From NCBI GenBank assembly GCA_965217625.1, contig OZ244557.1:208082-272081 (forward strand): a stretch of 64,000 nucleotides of DNA, given 5' to 3'. Below the pieces are notes generated by a model, which saw only the letters and a program-made list of their open reading frames with translations, searched no databases and had not been told where the DNA came from. The DNA comes from Dehalococcoidia bacterium (GTDB lineage: Bacteria > Chloroflexota > Dehalococcoidia > Bin125). Shown piece by piece: positions 21,875 through 29,682 of this stretch. Each line of letters starts with the position of its first letter. Position 1 is the stretch's first letter. The position numbers were made by a program, and so were the translations under genes.

Positions 21875-23605
21875 GTGCTCCAACACGACGTCTTGATCGT
21901 CGGCTCCGGCCTCGCCGGCATGCGCGCCGCGCTCGCAGTCTCCGAGGACCCCGGCATCGACGTCGCCATCCTCACCAAGGTGCACCCGCTGCGATCCCAC
22001 TCCGGCGCGGCCCAGGGCGGCATCGCCGCCTCGCTCGGCAACTCCTCCGACGACGACTCGTGGGAGCTGCATATGTACGACACCGTCAAGGGCGGTGACT
22101 TCCTCGTCGACCAGAACGCCGCCGAGATCCTCGGCCGCGAGGCGCCCGAGAACATCTTCGAACTCGAGCACATGGGCTGCGCCTTCTCCCGCATGGACGA
22201 TGGCCGCATCGCGCAGCGCCGCTTCGGCGGCCACACCGCCCCGCGCGCCGTCTACGCCGCCGACCGCACCGGCCACGCCCTGCTCACCGTCCTCTTCGAG
22301 CAGCTGCTCAAGCGCGGCGTCAAGGTCTACAGCGAGTGGTACGTCCTCGACCTCGTCATCCGCGACAACACCTGCCAGGGCCTCGTCGCCTACGACATCC
22401 TCAGCGGGCAGATCGAGGCCATCCAGGCCAAGGCCGTCATGTTCGCCACCGGCGGCTACGGCCGCACCTTCCGCATCACGACCAACGCCTTCGCGTCCAC
22501 CGGCGACGGCGTCGTCATGGCCTACCGCGCCGGCATCCCCTTGCAGGACATGGAGTTCGTCCAGTTCCACCCCACCGGCCTGCAGGGTTCCGGCATCCTG
22601 CTCAGCGAGGCCGCCCGCGGCGAGGGCGCGCACCTCGTCAACGCCGAGGGCAAGCGCTTCATGGAGGACTACGCCCCCGGCCGCATGGAGCTCGCCCCGC
22701 GCGACATCGTCGCCCGCGCCGAGCAGTCCGAGATCGACGCCGGCCGCGGCGTCACCGACAAGGGCGACTCCGTCTTCATGGACCTGCGCCCCATCGGCGA
22801 GGAGCGCATCCGCTACGCCCTGCCCTCGGTGATGCACCTGGCCCGCGACTTCGTCGGCCTCGACCCCATCCAGGCCCCCATCCCCATCCAGCCCACCGCC
22901 CACTACTCGATGGGCGGCATCCCCTGCGACATCGGCGGCCAAGTGCGCCTCAAGGACCAGGACGACACGCCCATCACCGGCTTCTACGCCGCCGGCGAGT
23001 GCTCCTGCGTCTCCGTCCACGGGGCGAACCGGCTGGGCACCAACTCGCTGCTCGAGGCCGTCGTCTTCGGCCGCCGCACGGGCCGCGCCATCCGCGACCA
23101 GGTCCGCGACATCGCCCCCACGCGCATCACGGAGGGCGAGATGCAGCCCGCCATCGCCGAGGTCGCCCGCTTCATCCAGGGCGACGGCACCGAGAACGTC
23201 GGCGCCATCCGCGCCGAGCTGCGCGACGTGATGATGGACAAGTGCGGCGTCTTCCGCGAGGCCGGCCAGCTCGGGGAGTGCCTCAGCGACGTCAAGGATC
23301 TCCAGGCCCGCTTCGCCGCCGCCCGCATCGACGACCGCAACAGCACGTTCAACACCGACCTGCTCGACGCCATCGAGGTCGGCCACATGCTCGAATACTC
23401 CGAAGTGATCATCAGCGGCGCGATCAACCGCACCGAGAGCCGCGGCGGCCACGCCCGTCGCGACTTCCCCGCCCGCGACGACGAGCACTGGTTCAAGCAC
23501 ACGCTCGCCTATCGCACCGGCGACGGCCCCCGGCTCACCTACAGCGACGTCAACATGGCCCCGCGTCATCGCGAGGCCTACCCACCCGAGGAGCGCAAGT
23601 ACTGA
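21875..23605 (+). CDS. sdhA: Succinate dehydrogenase / fumarate reductase flavoprotein subunit
   Basis: FAD-binding [11 protein letters not shown]. Active-site HPTGL. 576 aa. Confidence 0.95.
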   Translation: MLQHDVLIVGSGLAGMRAALAVSEDPGIDVAILTKVHPLRSHSGAAQGGIAASLGNSSDDDSWELHMYDTVKGGDFLVDQNAAEILGREAPENIFELEHMGCAFSRMDDGRIAQRRFGGHTAPRAVYAADRTGHALLTVLFEQLLKRGVKVYSEWYVLDLVIRDNTCQGLVAYDILSGQIEAIQAKAVMFATGGYGRTFRITTNAFASTGDGVVMAYRAGIPLQDMEFVQFHPTGLQGSGILLSEAARGEGAHLVNAEGKRFMEDYAPGRMELAPRDIVARAEQSEIDAGRGVTDKGDSVFMDLRPIGEERIRYALPSVMHLARDFVGLDPIQAPIPIQPTAHYSMGGIPCDIGGQVRLKDQDDTPITGFYAAGECSCVSVHGANRLGTNSLLEAVVFGRRTGRAIRDQVRDIAPTRITEGEMQPAIAEVARFIQGDGTENVGAIRAELRDVMMDKCGVFREAGQLGECLSDVKDLQARFAAARIDDRNSTFNTDLLDAIEVGHMLEYSEVIISGAINRTESRGGHARRDFPARDDEHWFKHTLAYRTGDGPRLTYSDVNMAPRHREAYPPEERKY

Positions 23606-23640
23606 CCGCCGCGGCCGCGCCGGCGCACAGGAGGACGACG

Positions 23641-24675
23641 ATGCCCACTCAGCGCTTCCTCATCGACCGCTACGACCCGGTCGAGGATCGCGCCTACCAG
23701 CAGGAATTCAGCGTCGACTACGAGCCCGGCCAGACCGTGCTCGACTGCCTCAACATCATCCGCTGGGACCAGGACGGCACGCTCTCCCTGCGCATGTCCT
23801 GCCGCCACGCCATCTGCGGCTCCTGCGCCGTCAAGATCAACGGCCGCTCCGGCCTCGCCTGCCAGACGCAGGTGCCCGCCGCCGTCACCCGCGGCGACCC
23901 CATCCGCATCGGCCCGCAGGGCAACCAGACCGTCATCAAGGACCTGGTCGTCGACGGCGACAAGTTCATGCAGCAGTTCCAGCGCGCCGAGACCTGGCTC
24001 CAGCCCCACGAGGATCAGGAGCCGCCCGACCGCGAGTACCGCCAGGAGAAGGACGAGTTCGACCACTGGCAGCACGCCTCGACCTGCATCCACTGCGGCG
24101 CCTGCTACTCCGACTGCACCGTCGCCGCCGTCGACCCGAAGTTCCTCGGCCCCGCCGCGCTCGCCAAGGCCTACCGCTTCGTCATGGACAGCCGCGACTC
24201 GCAGAAGCAGGAGCGGCTCGAGAAGCTCTCGCGCATGCACGGCGGCATCTGGGACTGCACCCGCTGCTTCATGTGCGTCGAGGCCTGCCCGAAGGACGTG
24301 CTGCCCATGGACGCGATCATGGAGCTGCGCACCGAGGCGATTAAGGCCGGCGTGACCAACAACCACGGCAGCCGCCACTCCAAGGCCTTCGCCGGCGGCG
24401 TCGCCAAGCGCGGCCGCCTCGACGAGGCCACGCTGCCCATCCTCTCGGCGGGCTTCGGCCCCAGCGCCATCCCCGAGATGCTCGGCTACACCCCCGGCGC
24501 GATCCGGCTGCTCAAGTCGCGCAAGCTCATCGCCGCCGCCCGCCGCCACGGCGCCAGCAAGGACGGCCGCCGTGAGATCAAGCGCCTCTTCGACGAGGTC
24601 GCCGACGAGAAGCACCACCACGACGTCAACCGCGAGGCGTTCAGCACCCAGTACGCCGAAGCGCTGCGCACCTAG
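23641..24675 (+). CDS. sdhB: Succinate dehydrogenase iron-sulfur subunit, type-E-like. The second cluster motif carries an extra Cys (CTRCFMCVEACP) and there is a C-terminal extension of about 100 aa.
   Basis: 2Fe-2S motif CRHAICGSCAVKINGRSGLAC. 4Fe-4S motif CIHCGACYSDC. The second motif is CxxCxxCxxxCP rather than the classical 3Fe-4S motif. Confidence 0.9.
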   Translation: MPTQRFLIDRYDPVEDRAYQQEFSVDYEPGQTVLDCLNIIRWDQDGTLSLRMSCRHAICGSCAVKINGRSGLACQTQVPAAVTRGDPIRIGPQGNQTVIKDLVVDGDKFMQQFQRAETWLQPHEDQEPPDREYRQEKDEFDHWQHASTCIHCGACYSDCTVAAVDPKFLGPAALAKAYRFVMDSRDSQKQERLEKLSRMHGGIWDCTRCFMCVEACPKDVLPMDAIMELRTEAIKAGVTNNHGSRHSKAFAGGVAKRGRLDEATLPILSAGFGPSAIPEMLGYTPGAIRLLKSRKLIAAARRHGASKDGRREIKRLFDEVADEKHHHDVNREAFSTQYAEALRT

Positions 24676-24707
24676 CCCACGACCACAAACGACGAGGAAC
24701 ACACCCC

Positions 24708-25583
24708 GTGAAGTACGCCTTCTGGCCCGGCTGCGTCTCCCGCGGCGCCGCCCCCGAGCTCTACAAGTCCACCCTCGCCGTCGCCGAGCACATCGGCATC
24801 GAGCTGGTCGAGCTGGAAGCCGCCGCCTGCACCGGCGCCGGCATCATCTCCGACGGCGACCCCTACCTGCAGGACACGCTCAACGCCCGCACCCTCGCCA
24901 TGGCCGAGCAGCTCGACCTCCCCCTGATGGACATCTGCTCGACCTGCATCGGCGTCCACAGCCTGGCCCGCGAGAAGCTCGGCAACGACGACTACCGCGC
25001 CCGCATCAACGAGCGCCTCGCCCCCGAGGGCCTCTCCTACAGCGGCGCCGTCGAGCCCCGCCACCTGCTCTGGATCCTGCTCGAGGACCTGGAGCGCGGC
25101 GCGCTCAACCACCTCATCACCACCCCGCTCACCGAGCTCAACCTCGGCCCCTTCTACGGCTGCTACATCCTGCGCCCCGAGCGCGTCCTCGGCTTCGACG
25201 AGAACCCCCACCGCCGCAACAGCCTCGAAGCCGCCATCGAACTCGTCGGCGCGACCAGCGTCACCTACGACGGCATGACCAAGTGCTGCGGCTTCCCCAT
25301 CCTCACCACCAACAAGACCAACTCCCTCACGATGGCCGGCACGCACCTCGGCGAGGCGCAGGACAAGGGCGCCGACGCCCTCGTCACGCCGTGTCCCCTC
25401 TGCCACCTCAACCTCGACGCCCAGCAGGCCGACGCCGCCCGCGTCATCCGCCGCAAGCTCGACCTGCCCATCCTGCACATCCCCCAGCTTATCGGCCTCG
25501 CCATGGGCCTCGCGCCCGAGAAGCTCGGCCTCAACCGCCACGTCGTCGATACGAAGCCGTTGCTCGCCAAGGCGGGGCTCTGA
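24708..25583 (+). CDS. sdhE: HdrB-like (Cys-rich CCG domain) subunit of a type-E succinate:quinone oxidoreductase (SdhE/SdhC-type)
   Basis: Two CCG-type Cys clusters (CTGAG...CSTC; CCGFP...CPLCHLNLD). Good RBS gaggaa before the GTG at 24708. Confidence 0.8.
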   Translation: MKYAFWPGCVSRGAAPELYKSTLAVAEHIGIELVELEAAACTGAGIISDGDPYLQDTLNARTLAMAEQLDLPLMDICSTCIGVHSLAREKLGNDDYRARINERLAPEGLSYSGAVEPRHLLWILLEDLERGALNHLITTPLTELNLGPFYGCYILRPERVLGFDENPHRRNSLEAAIELVGATSVTYDGMTKCCGFPILTTNKTNSLTMAGTHLGEAQDKGADALVTPCPLCHLNLDAQQADAARVIRRKLDLPILHIPQLIGLAMGLAPEKLGLNRHVVDTKPLLAKAGL

Positions 25584-25590
25584 TCGCTCT

Positions 25591-25640
25591 CCCTATTATC
25601 GGTTCAGGCATGAATCGATAATAAGGGTCTCTCTTATTTT
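25591..25640 (+). terminator. AT-rich hairpin plus T tract after sdhE, a probable intrinsic terminator of the sdhABE operon
   Basis: CCCTATTATCG-(14 nt)-CGATAATAAGGG inverted repeat, followed by TCTCTCTTATTTTCG. Confidence 0.45.
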
Positions 25641-25707
25641 CGCTTCGGAGAAGAAGAGCCGCGCCCGCGACGGATCTATCACGTCATCCCCGGTGGTCTG
25701 TGACCGA

Positions 25708-25736
25708 TTGACGCCCCCACTAGTTTTCGATAGACT
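25708..25736 (+). promoter_or_regulatory. Sigma70-like promoter candidate (TTGACG-N17-TAGACT) inside an AT-rich palindrome-rich control region upstream of fic
   Basis: Hexamers read directly. The surrounding 25700-25770 holds the direct repeat CTAGTTTTCG twice and a TCGCTAATAGCGA palindrome. Confidence 0.3.
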
Positions 25737-25771
25737 GACTTATCGCTAATAGCGACCGCGCTAGTTTTCGT

Positions 25772-26947
25772 TTGCGCGAATGGGGAAGTCCCGTGATCGC
25801 CACGACCGCCCTGGAGCGACGCCCCCATGGCCGCCGGGTCGCGTGCCCGGAGGGGTACCGCGCCTACGTCCCCGCCCCGCTCCCCCCGCCCCTCGCCTGG
25901 GACGGGGGGCTCATCGCCGCGCTGTCCGACGCCGACCGCACGGTCGGCGCCCTCGCCGGCGAGGGCCGCCGCCTGCCCAACCCCCACCTCCTGATCCGTC
26001 CCTTCGTGCGCCAGGAGGCGGTCCTGTCGAGTCGGATCGAGGGGACGCAGGCGACGCTCGGGGAGTTGCTGATCGCCGAGGCGGCCGCGCCGTATCACGC
26101 CGGGCCCGACGACGTCCATGAAGTCGCCAACTACGTGACCGCCCTGGAGTACGGCCTCCACCGCCTCGAGGCGCTGCCCCTGTCGCTGCGCCTCGTGCGC
26201 GAGCTGCACGACCGCCTCATGCGCGGCGTCCGTGGCGATGTCGCCGCGCCCGGGGAGTTCCGTCGCAGCCAGAACTGGATCGGGCGTCCCGGCTGCACGC
26301 TGAACGATGCGTCCTTCGTCCCGCCGCCGCCGGTGGAGCTGATGCCCTGCCTCGGCGCCTGGGAGCGCTACCTGCACGACGACGCGCTGCCGCCGCTGGT
26401 GCACGCGGGGCTGACCCACGCCCAGTTCGAGGCCATCCACCCTTTCCTCGACGGCAACGGCCGCGTGGGGCGTCTGCTGATCACGCTGCTGCTCGTCGAG
26501 CGGGACGTTCTCCCGTCGCCGCTGCTCTACCTCAGCGCCTACTTCGAGGCCACGCGCGACGAGTACTACGCGCGCCTCCTTGGCGTCACCGAGCGCGGCG
26601 AGTGGGAGGAGTGGCTGACCTACTTCCTGCGCGGCGTCGCGCTGCAGGCGCAGGACGCGCTGGACCGCATCCGCCGCATCGACGACCTGCTCGCCGGATG
26701 GAAGCAAGAGCTGCCCCCCGGCCGCTCCCGCGTCCCCCACCGCGCCCTCGACCTCTTCGCCGAGAACCCCTTCTGGACCGTGGCCGGCCTGGCCGGGCGT
26801 CTCGGCGTCGCTTTCACCACCGCCCAGCGCGCCATCGACCGCCTGGAGGCGGCGGGCGTCGTCGCCCGCGTCGGCGAGGCGCGTCGCAACCGTCTCTACT
26901 GCGCCGGCACCCTCCTCCGCGCGCTGGAGGAGCCGGTCGCCGGGTGA
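25772..26947 (+). CDS. fic: Fic-family protein, class II. It has an N-terminal Fic_N with the inhibitory motif SxxxEG, the HPFxDGNGRxGR active site and a C-terminal winged helix.
   Basis: HPFLDGNGRVGRLL is the Fic motif. VLSSRIEGT is the cis inhibitory helix. The annotated start is TTG at 25772; a GTG at 25793 is an alternative. Confidence 0.85.
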   Translation: MREWGSPVIATTALERRPHGRRVACPEGYRAYVPAPLPPPLAWDGGLIAALSDADRTVGALAGEGRRLPNPHLLIRPFVRQEAVLSSRIEGTQATLGELLIAEAAAPYHAGPDDVHEVANYVTALEYGLHRLEALPLSLRLVRELHDRLMRGVRGDVAAPGEFRRSQNWIGRPGCTLNDASFVPPPPVELMPCLGAWERYLHDDALPPLVHAGLTHAQFEAIHPFLDGNGRVGRLLITLLLVERDVLPSPLLYLSAYFEATRDEYYARLLGVTERGEWEEWLTYFLRGVALQAQDALDRIRRIDDLLAGWKQELPPGRSRVPHRALDLFAENPFWTVAGLAGRLGVAFTTAQRAIDRLEAAGVVARVGEARRNRLYCAGTLLRALEEPVAG

Positions 26948-26966
26948 GCGCCCCCCTCAAACCAAA

Positions 26967-26997
26967 ACGAGCCGCTCTCGACGGGAGAGCGGCTCGT
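26967..26997 (+). terminator. Perfect 13-bp hairpin (ACGAGCCGCTCTC-gacgg-GAGAGCGGCTCGT) 20 nt after the fic stop
   Basis: Inverted repeat read directly. No T tract, so it may be a factor-dependent or bidirectional terminator, or a protein-binding site. Confidence 0.4.
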
Positions 26998-27177
26998 AAT
27001 GGTCAGGAGGGCGGCGGGACCGGTCGGCGTTCCCGCGGCGCGGGGCCGCGGGGTGGCGGGCGGGGTGACGGTACTGCCCGGTCCCGTCTGCGATGGCCCT
27101 CCTGCGAGGCGAAACGCCATCCCCCGGCGCGCGGTTCCCCTCGCCCCGACGCCCCAGGTACAAAGCGACATAACATG

Positions 27178-27585
27178 TCACACAGGCGTGGCCGGCGGCG
27201 TGATCACCTCGCAGGCCGGGCCGTTGGAGCGGCTGAGCCGTCGGTCCAGCGTCAGCAGCGGGCAATCGAGCGCCTCGGCCAGCGCCACGTACCAGGCGTC
27301 GTAGATCGTCAGGGCGCCACGCAGGGCCCATACCCGCTCGGCGTAGGGGGTGAACGGAAACAGCGTCAGCGGCAGTTGCATCAGCTCGCGCTGCGCGCGC
27401 GTGGCCTCGCTGGGCGTGATCTGCCGGGCCAACTCCATGCGGCGCAGGGTGTTGCTCGCCTCGGCCAGCGCCAACTCCGGGCCCGCGATCCTGTCCATGG
27501 CGATCCGTGATCGCGCCCACCGGCCATCGCGCCCGGAATCGACCAGGGTGGCGATCAGCAGCGACGCGTCGGCCACCACTCTCAC
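27178..27585 (-). CDS. vapC: VapC-family PIN-domain toxin
   Basis: MRVVADASLLIATLVD... matches the PIN acidic-residue pattern. It overlaps the upstream antitoxin gene by 4 nt. Confidence 0.8.
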   Translation of the reverse strand: MRVVADASLLIATLVDSGRDGRWARSRIAMDRIAGPELALAEASNTLRRMELARQITPSEATRAQRELMQLPLTLFPFTPYAERVWALRGALTIYDAWYVALAEALDCPLLTLDRRLSRSNGPACEVITPPATPV

Positions 27586-27818
27586 ATGCGGTCCGCCTCA
27601 ATCGCGCGCAGGATCACCGACGCTGGCACCTCCCGCGGCGCCTCCGCCAAGCGCGCCCGGACTGTCTCAATCCACTCCTCGATGGAGGGCTGGTTGGCGG
27701 TCCGCTCCAATTCAGCGCGCAGGTACGCCTGCCTCGACAGACGCTGCAGCTCGGCGCGCTCGGCCTCCCGTTCGCTCACCTCTTCGGGCACGCCCCGGGT
27801 CGTGATCTGCTCTGCCAT
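27582..27818 (-). CDS. vapB: VapB-like antitoxin (small, helical)
   Basis: 78-aa protein MAEQITTRGVPEEVSEREAERAELQRL... It sits immediately upstream of vapC and overlaps it. The ORF-track version was over-extended at its 5' end. Confidence 0.6.
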   Translation of the reverse strand: MAEQITTRGVPEEVSEREAERAELQRLSRQAYLRAELERTANQPSIEEWIETVRARLAEAPREVPASVILRAIEADRM

Positions 27819-28018
27819 GCATGCAGAATCGCAGCAATGACATCGATCCGCAAGCGCGACCCCCCTCGCCGGCCGAGGCGGTCGGGACGGCGGCCGCCCG
27901 AACGTGCCATAATCACCGCACGCGTCGGCGGCGTACGACTCCCCGGCATCCGCGACCGACTGGCCGCGGGCCCCCACCCGGGGGCGCAGCGACCGCCGCC
28001 CGGAGAGGTGGGCGACAG

Positions 28019-29539
28019 ATGTCCTCCGTACTGCGTGGCCTGACTGGATCGACACTCCTGCTGCTCCTCATCGCCGGCGCGATGCTCCTGACCACCGCCC
28101 AGGGCGCCGCGCAGGACCTCGACGAAGACGACGAGCCCGCCCCGCCGCCGATCCCCATCACCGGCGACGAACTCCGCAACCTCAGCTACCCCAACGAGTG
28201 GCCGGCCGACGGCGTCGCCCCCCTGACCGATGGCGTCTACACCGAGCCCATCCCCGATTCCGTCGCCCAGGTGCGCGTCGAGTTCCGGCGCGCCGCCTTC
28301 GGCGAGATCGACGGGCGGGCCGCGGCCGCCGTCGTCCTCGCGAGCAGCGGCGGCGGCACCGGGACCTTCTACGAGCTGCACGCCGTCACCCGCGATGAGG
28401 ACGGCGACCCCCGGTCCGTCGCGCGCCACCTCCTCGGCGACCGCATCGGCCTGCAGGGCCTCACCTTCGACGGCGATGTGGTCCGTGTCGACTTCATCGG
28501 CTTCGCCCCCGGCGACGGGGCCTGCTGCCCCACCCTCGCCGTGACCCAAGACTTCGGCCTCCGCGACGGCGAGTTGGTGTTCCTGCACGGGGCCGAATCG
28601 CCGGTCTGGCTGCCCCTCGCCCAGGGCTCCAGCTTCGTCTCCTGGTTCCGCGGGCCCACGACCTCGCGCGCCATCCTGGCCTCGGCCGGGTTGCTCGACC
28701 GCGTCTGGGTGCTCGACTCCAGCGACGGCAGATGGGTCCTCGACGCCCGCCATCCCGCCCCTGGCGCGGGCGCCCCGATCCTGGTCGAGCAGGGCAGCCA
28801 CCTCGTCCTCGTGGCCCGCGCCGCGACGAACGTGCCCGTGCTGCTGCTCCGCGCGCCCGACGCCTGCCCGCTCAACCCCGGGCCCCCCAACCCCGTCGAC
28901 CCCTCGATGATCGTCTACGGCCCGGGCAACGGTGAGACCTTCGCCGGCTCGGTGGCCGTCTCGGGCCTGGCCCGCGCCTTCGAGGCCAACGTCCGCCTGC
29001 GCGTCCTCGACGCCGGCGGCGCCGTCCTCGCCGACACCCACACCACCGCCGAGGTCGGCGGGCCCTACTTCGGCGCGTTCTCCGCCGACATCCCCGTCGA
29101 CGTCGCCGAGGAGACCGAGGCCTGCGTCCAGATCTTCGAGCAGTCCGCCCGCGACGGCCTCGACGTCAACGTCGTCCAGATCGGCGTCACCCTGCTGCCC
29201 GCCCTGCCCGCCGACTTCCCCGCCGCGCTGCTCTACCCCGGCGCCACGGTCGTCTCCGACAGCCGCTCCAGCAACGACGAGGGCGAGACCTTCGTCACCG
29301 CCCACCTGGCCGTCGACGCCGGCGCCGCCGACATCCTCGCGTTCTACGAGAGCGCCTTCGCCGCCCTCGACGCCCCCGGCCAGGTTTTCGATGGCTATAC
29401 GGGGCCCAACGACACCCCCGTCGTCTACCTCGCCCTGCAGGATGTCTCCTACGCCGCCCAAGCCATCATCCGCGAAGGCGCCGCCCCCGGCGGCGCCACC
29501 CTCGTCGAGGTGACGATCAACCTGGATCCGCCGGGCTAG
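28019..29539 (+). CDS. Secreted hypothetical protein with a C-terminal Gmad2-like Ig-like domain
   Basis: Signal peptide MSSVLRGLTGSTLLLLLIAGAMLLTTAQGAAQD. The C-terminal segment IVYGPGNGETFAGSVAVSGLARAFEANVRLRVLDAGGAVLADTHTTAEVGGPYFGAFSADIPV resembles the Gmad2 immunoglobulin-like domain. Confidence 0.5.
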   Translation: MSSVLRGLTGSTLLLLLIAGAMLLTTAQGAAQDLDEDDEPAPPPIPITGDELRNLSYPNEWPADGVAPLTDGVYTEPIPDSVAQVRVEFRRAAFGEIDGRAAAAVVLASSGGGTGTFYELHAVTRDEDGDPRSVARHLLGDRIGLQGLTFDGDVVRVDFIGFAPGDGACCPTLAVTQDFGLRDGELVFLHGAESPVWLPLAQGSSFVSWFRGPTTSRAILASAGLLDRVWVLDSSDGRWVLDARHPAPGAGAPILVEQGSHLVLVARAATNVPVLLLRAPDACPLNPGPPNPVDPSMIVYGPGNGETFAGSVAVSGLARAFEANVRLRVLDAGGAVLADTHTTAEVGGPYFGAFSADIPVDVAEETEACVQIFEQSARDGLDVNVVQIGVTLLPALPADFPAALLYPGATVVSDSRSSNDEGETFVTAHLAVDAGAADILAFYESAFAALDAPGQVFDGYTGPNDTPVVYLALQDVSYAAQAIIREGAAPGGATLVEVTINLDPPG

Positions 29540-29553
29540 CCCCGGCGTCGGTG

Positions 29554-29643
29554 TGGCGGAGGGGGAGGGATTCGAACCCCCGAGACGCTTGCGCGCCTAG
29601 CGGTTTTCAAGACCGCCGCCTTCAACCACTCGGCCACCCCTCC
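29554..29643 (-). tRNA. tRNA-Ser (anticodon TGA), 90 nt with a long variable arm
   Basis: The reverse complement gives GGAGGGGTGGCCGAGTGGTTGAAGGCGGCGGTCTTGAAAACCGC...GGGGGTTCGAATCCCTCCCCCTCCGCCA. The anticodon loop is CT-TGA-AA, the acceptor stem is 7 bp with a G discriminator, the T-loop is TTCGAAT and a CCA end is encoded. Confidence 0.9.
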
Positions 29644-29682
29644 GCGACCGTCGTTGCCGGCCCCCTCAGCCTACCCCGGCCG
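29624..29682. repeat. Left copy of a 59-bp imperfect direct repeat (54/59 identical to 33273-33331). It covers the first 20 nt of the tRNA-Ser 5' end plus upstream flank.
   Basis: AACCACTCGGCCACCCCTCCGCGACCGTCG(T/C)TG(CC/TT)GGCCCC(CT/AC)CAGCCTACCCCGGCCG read at both sites. Confidence 0.8.

Noticed and set aside
29554-29643. tRNA-Sec next to the selenoprotein candidate
   Set aside because: The anticodon is 5'-UGA-3' (reads UCA, Ser) rather than UCA. The acceptor stem is 7 bp. The long variable arm and G discriminator fit tRNA-Ser.
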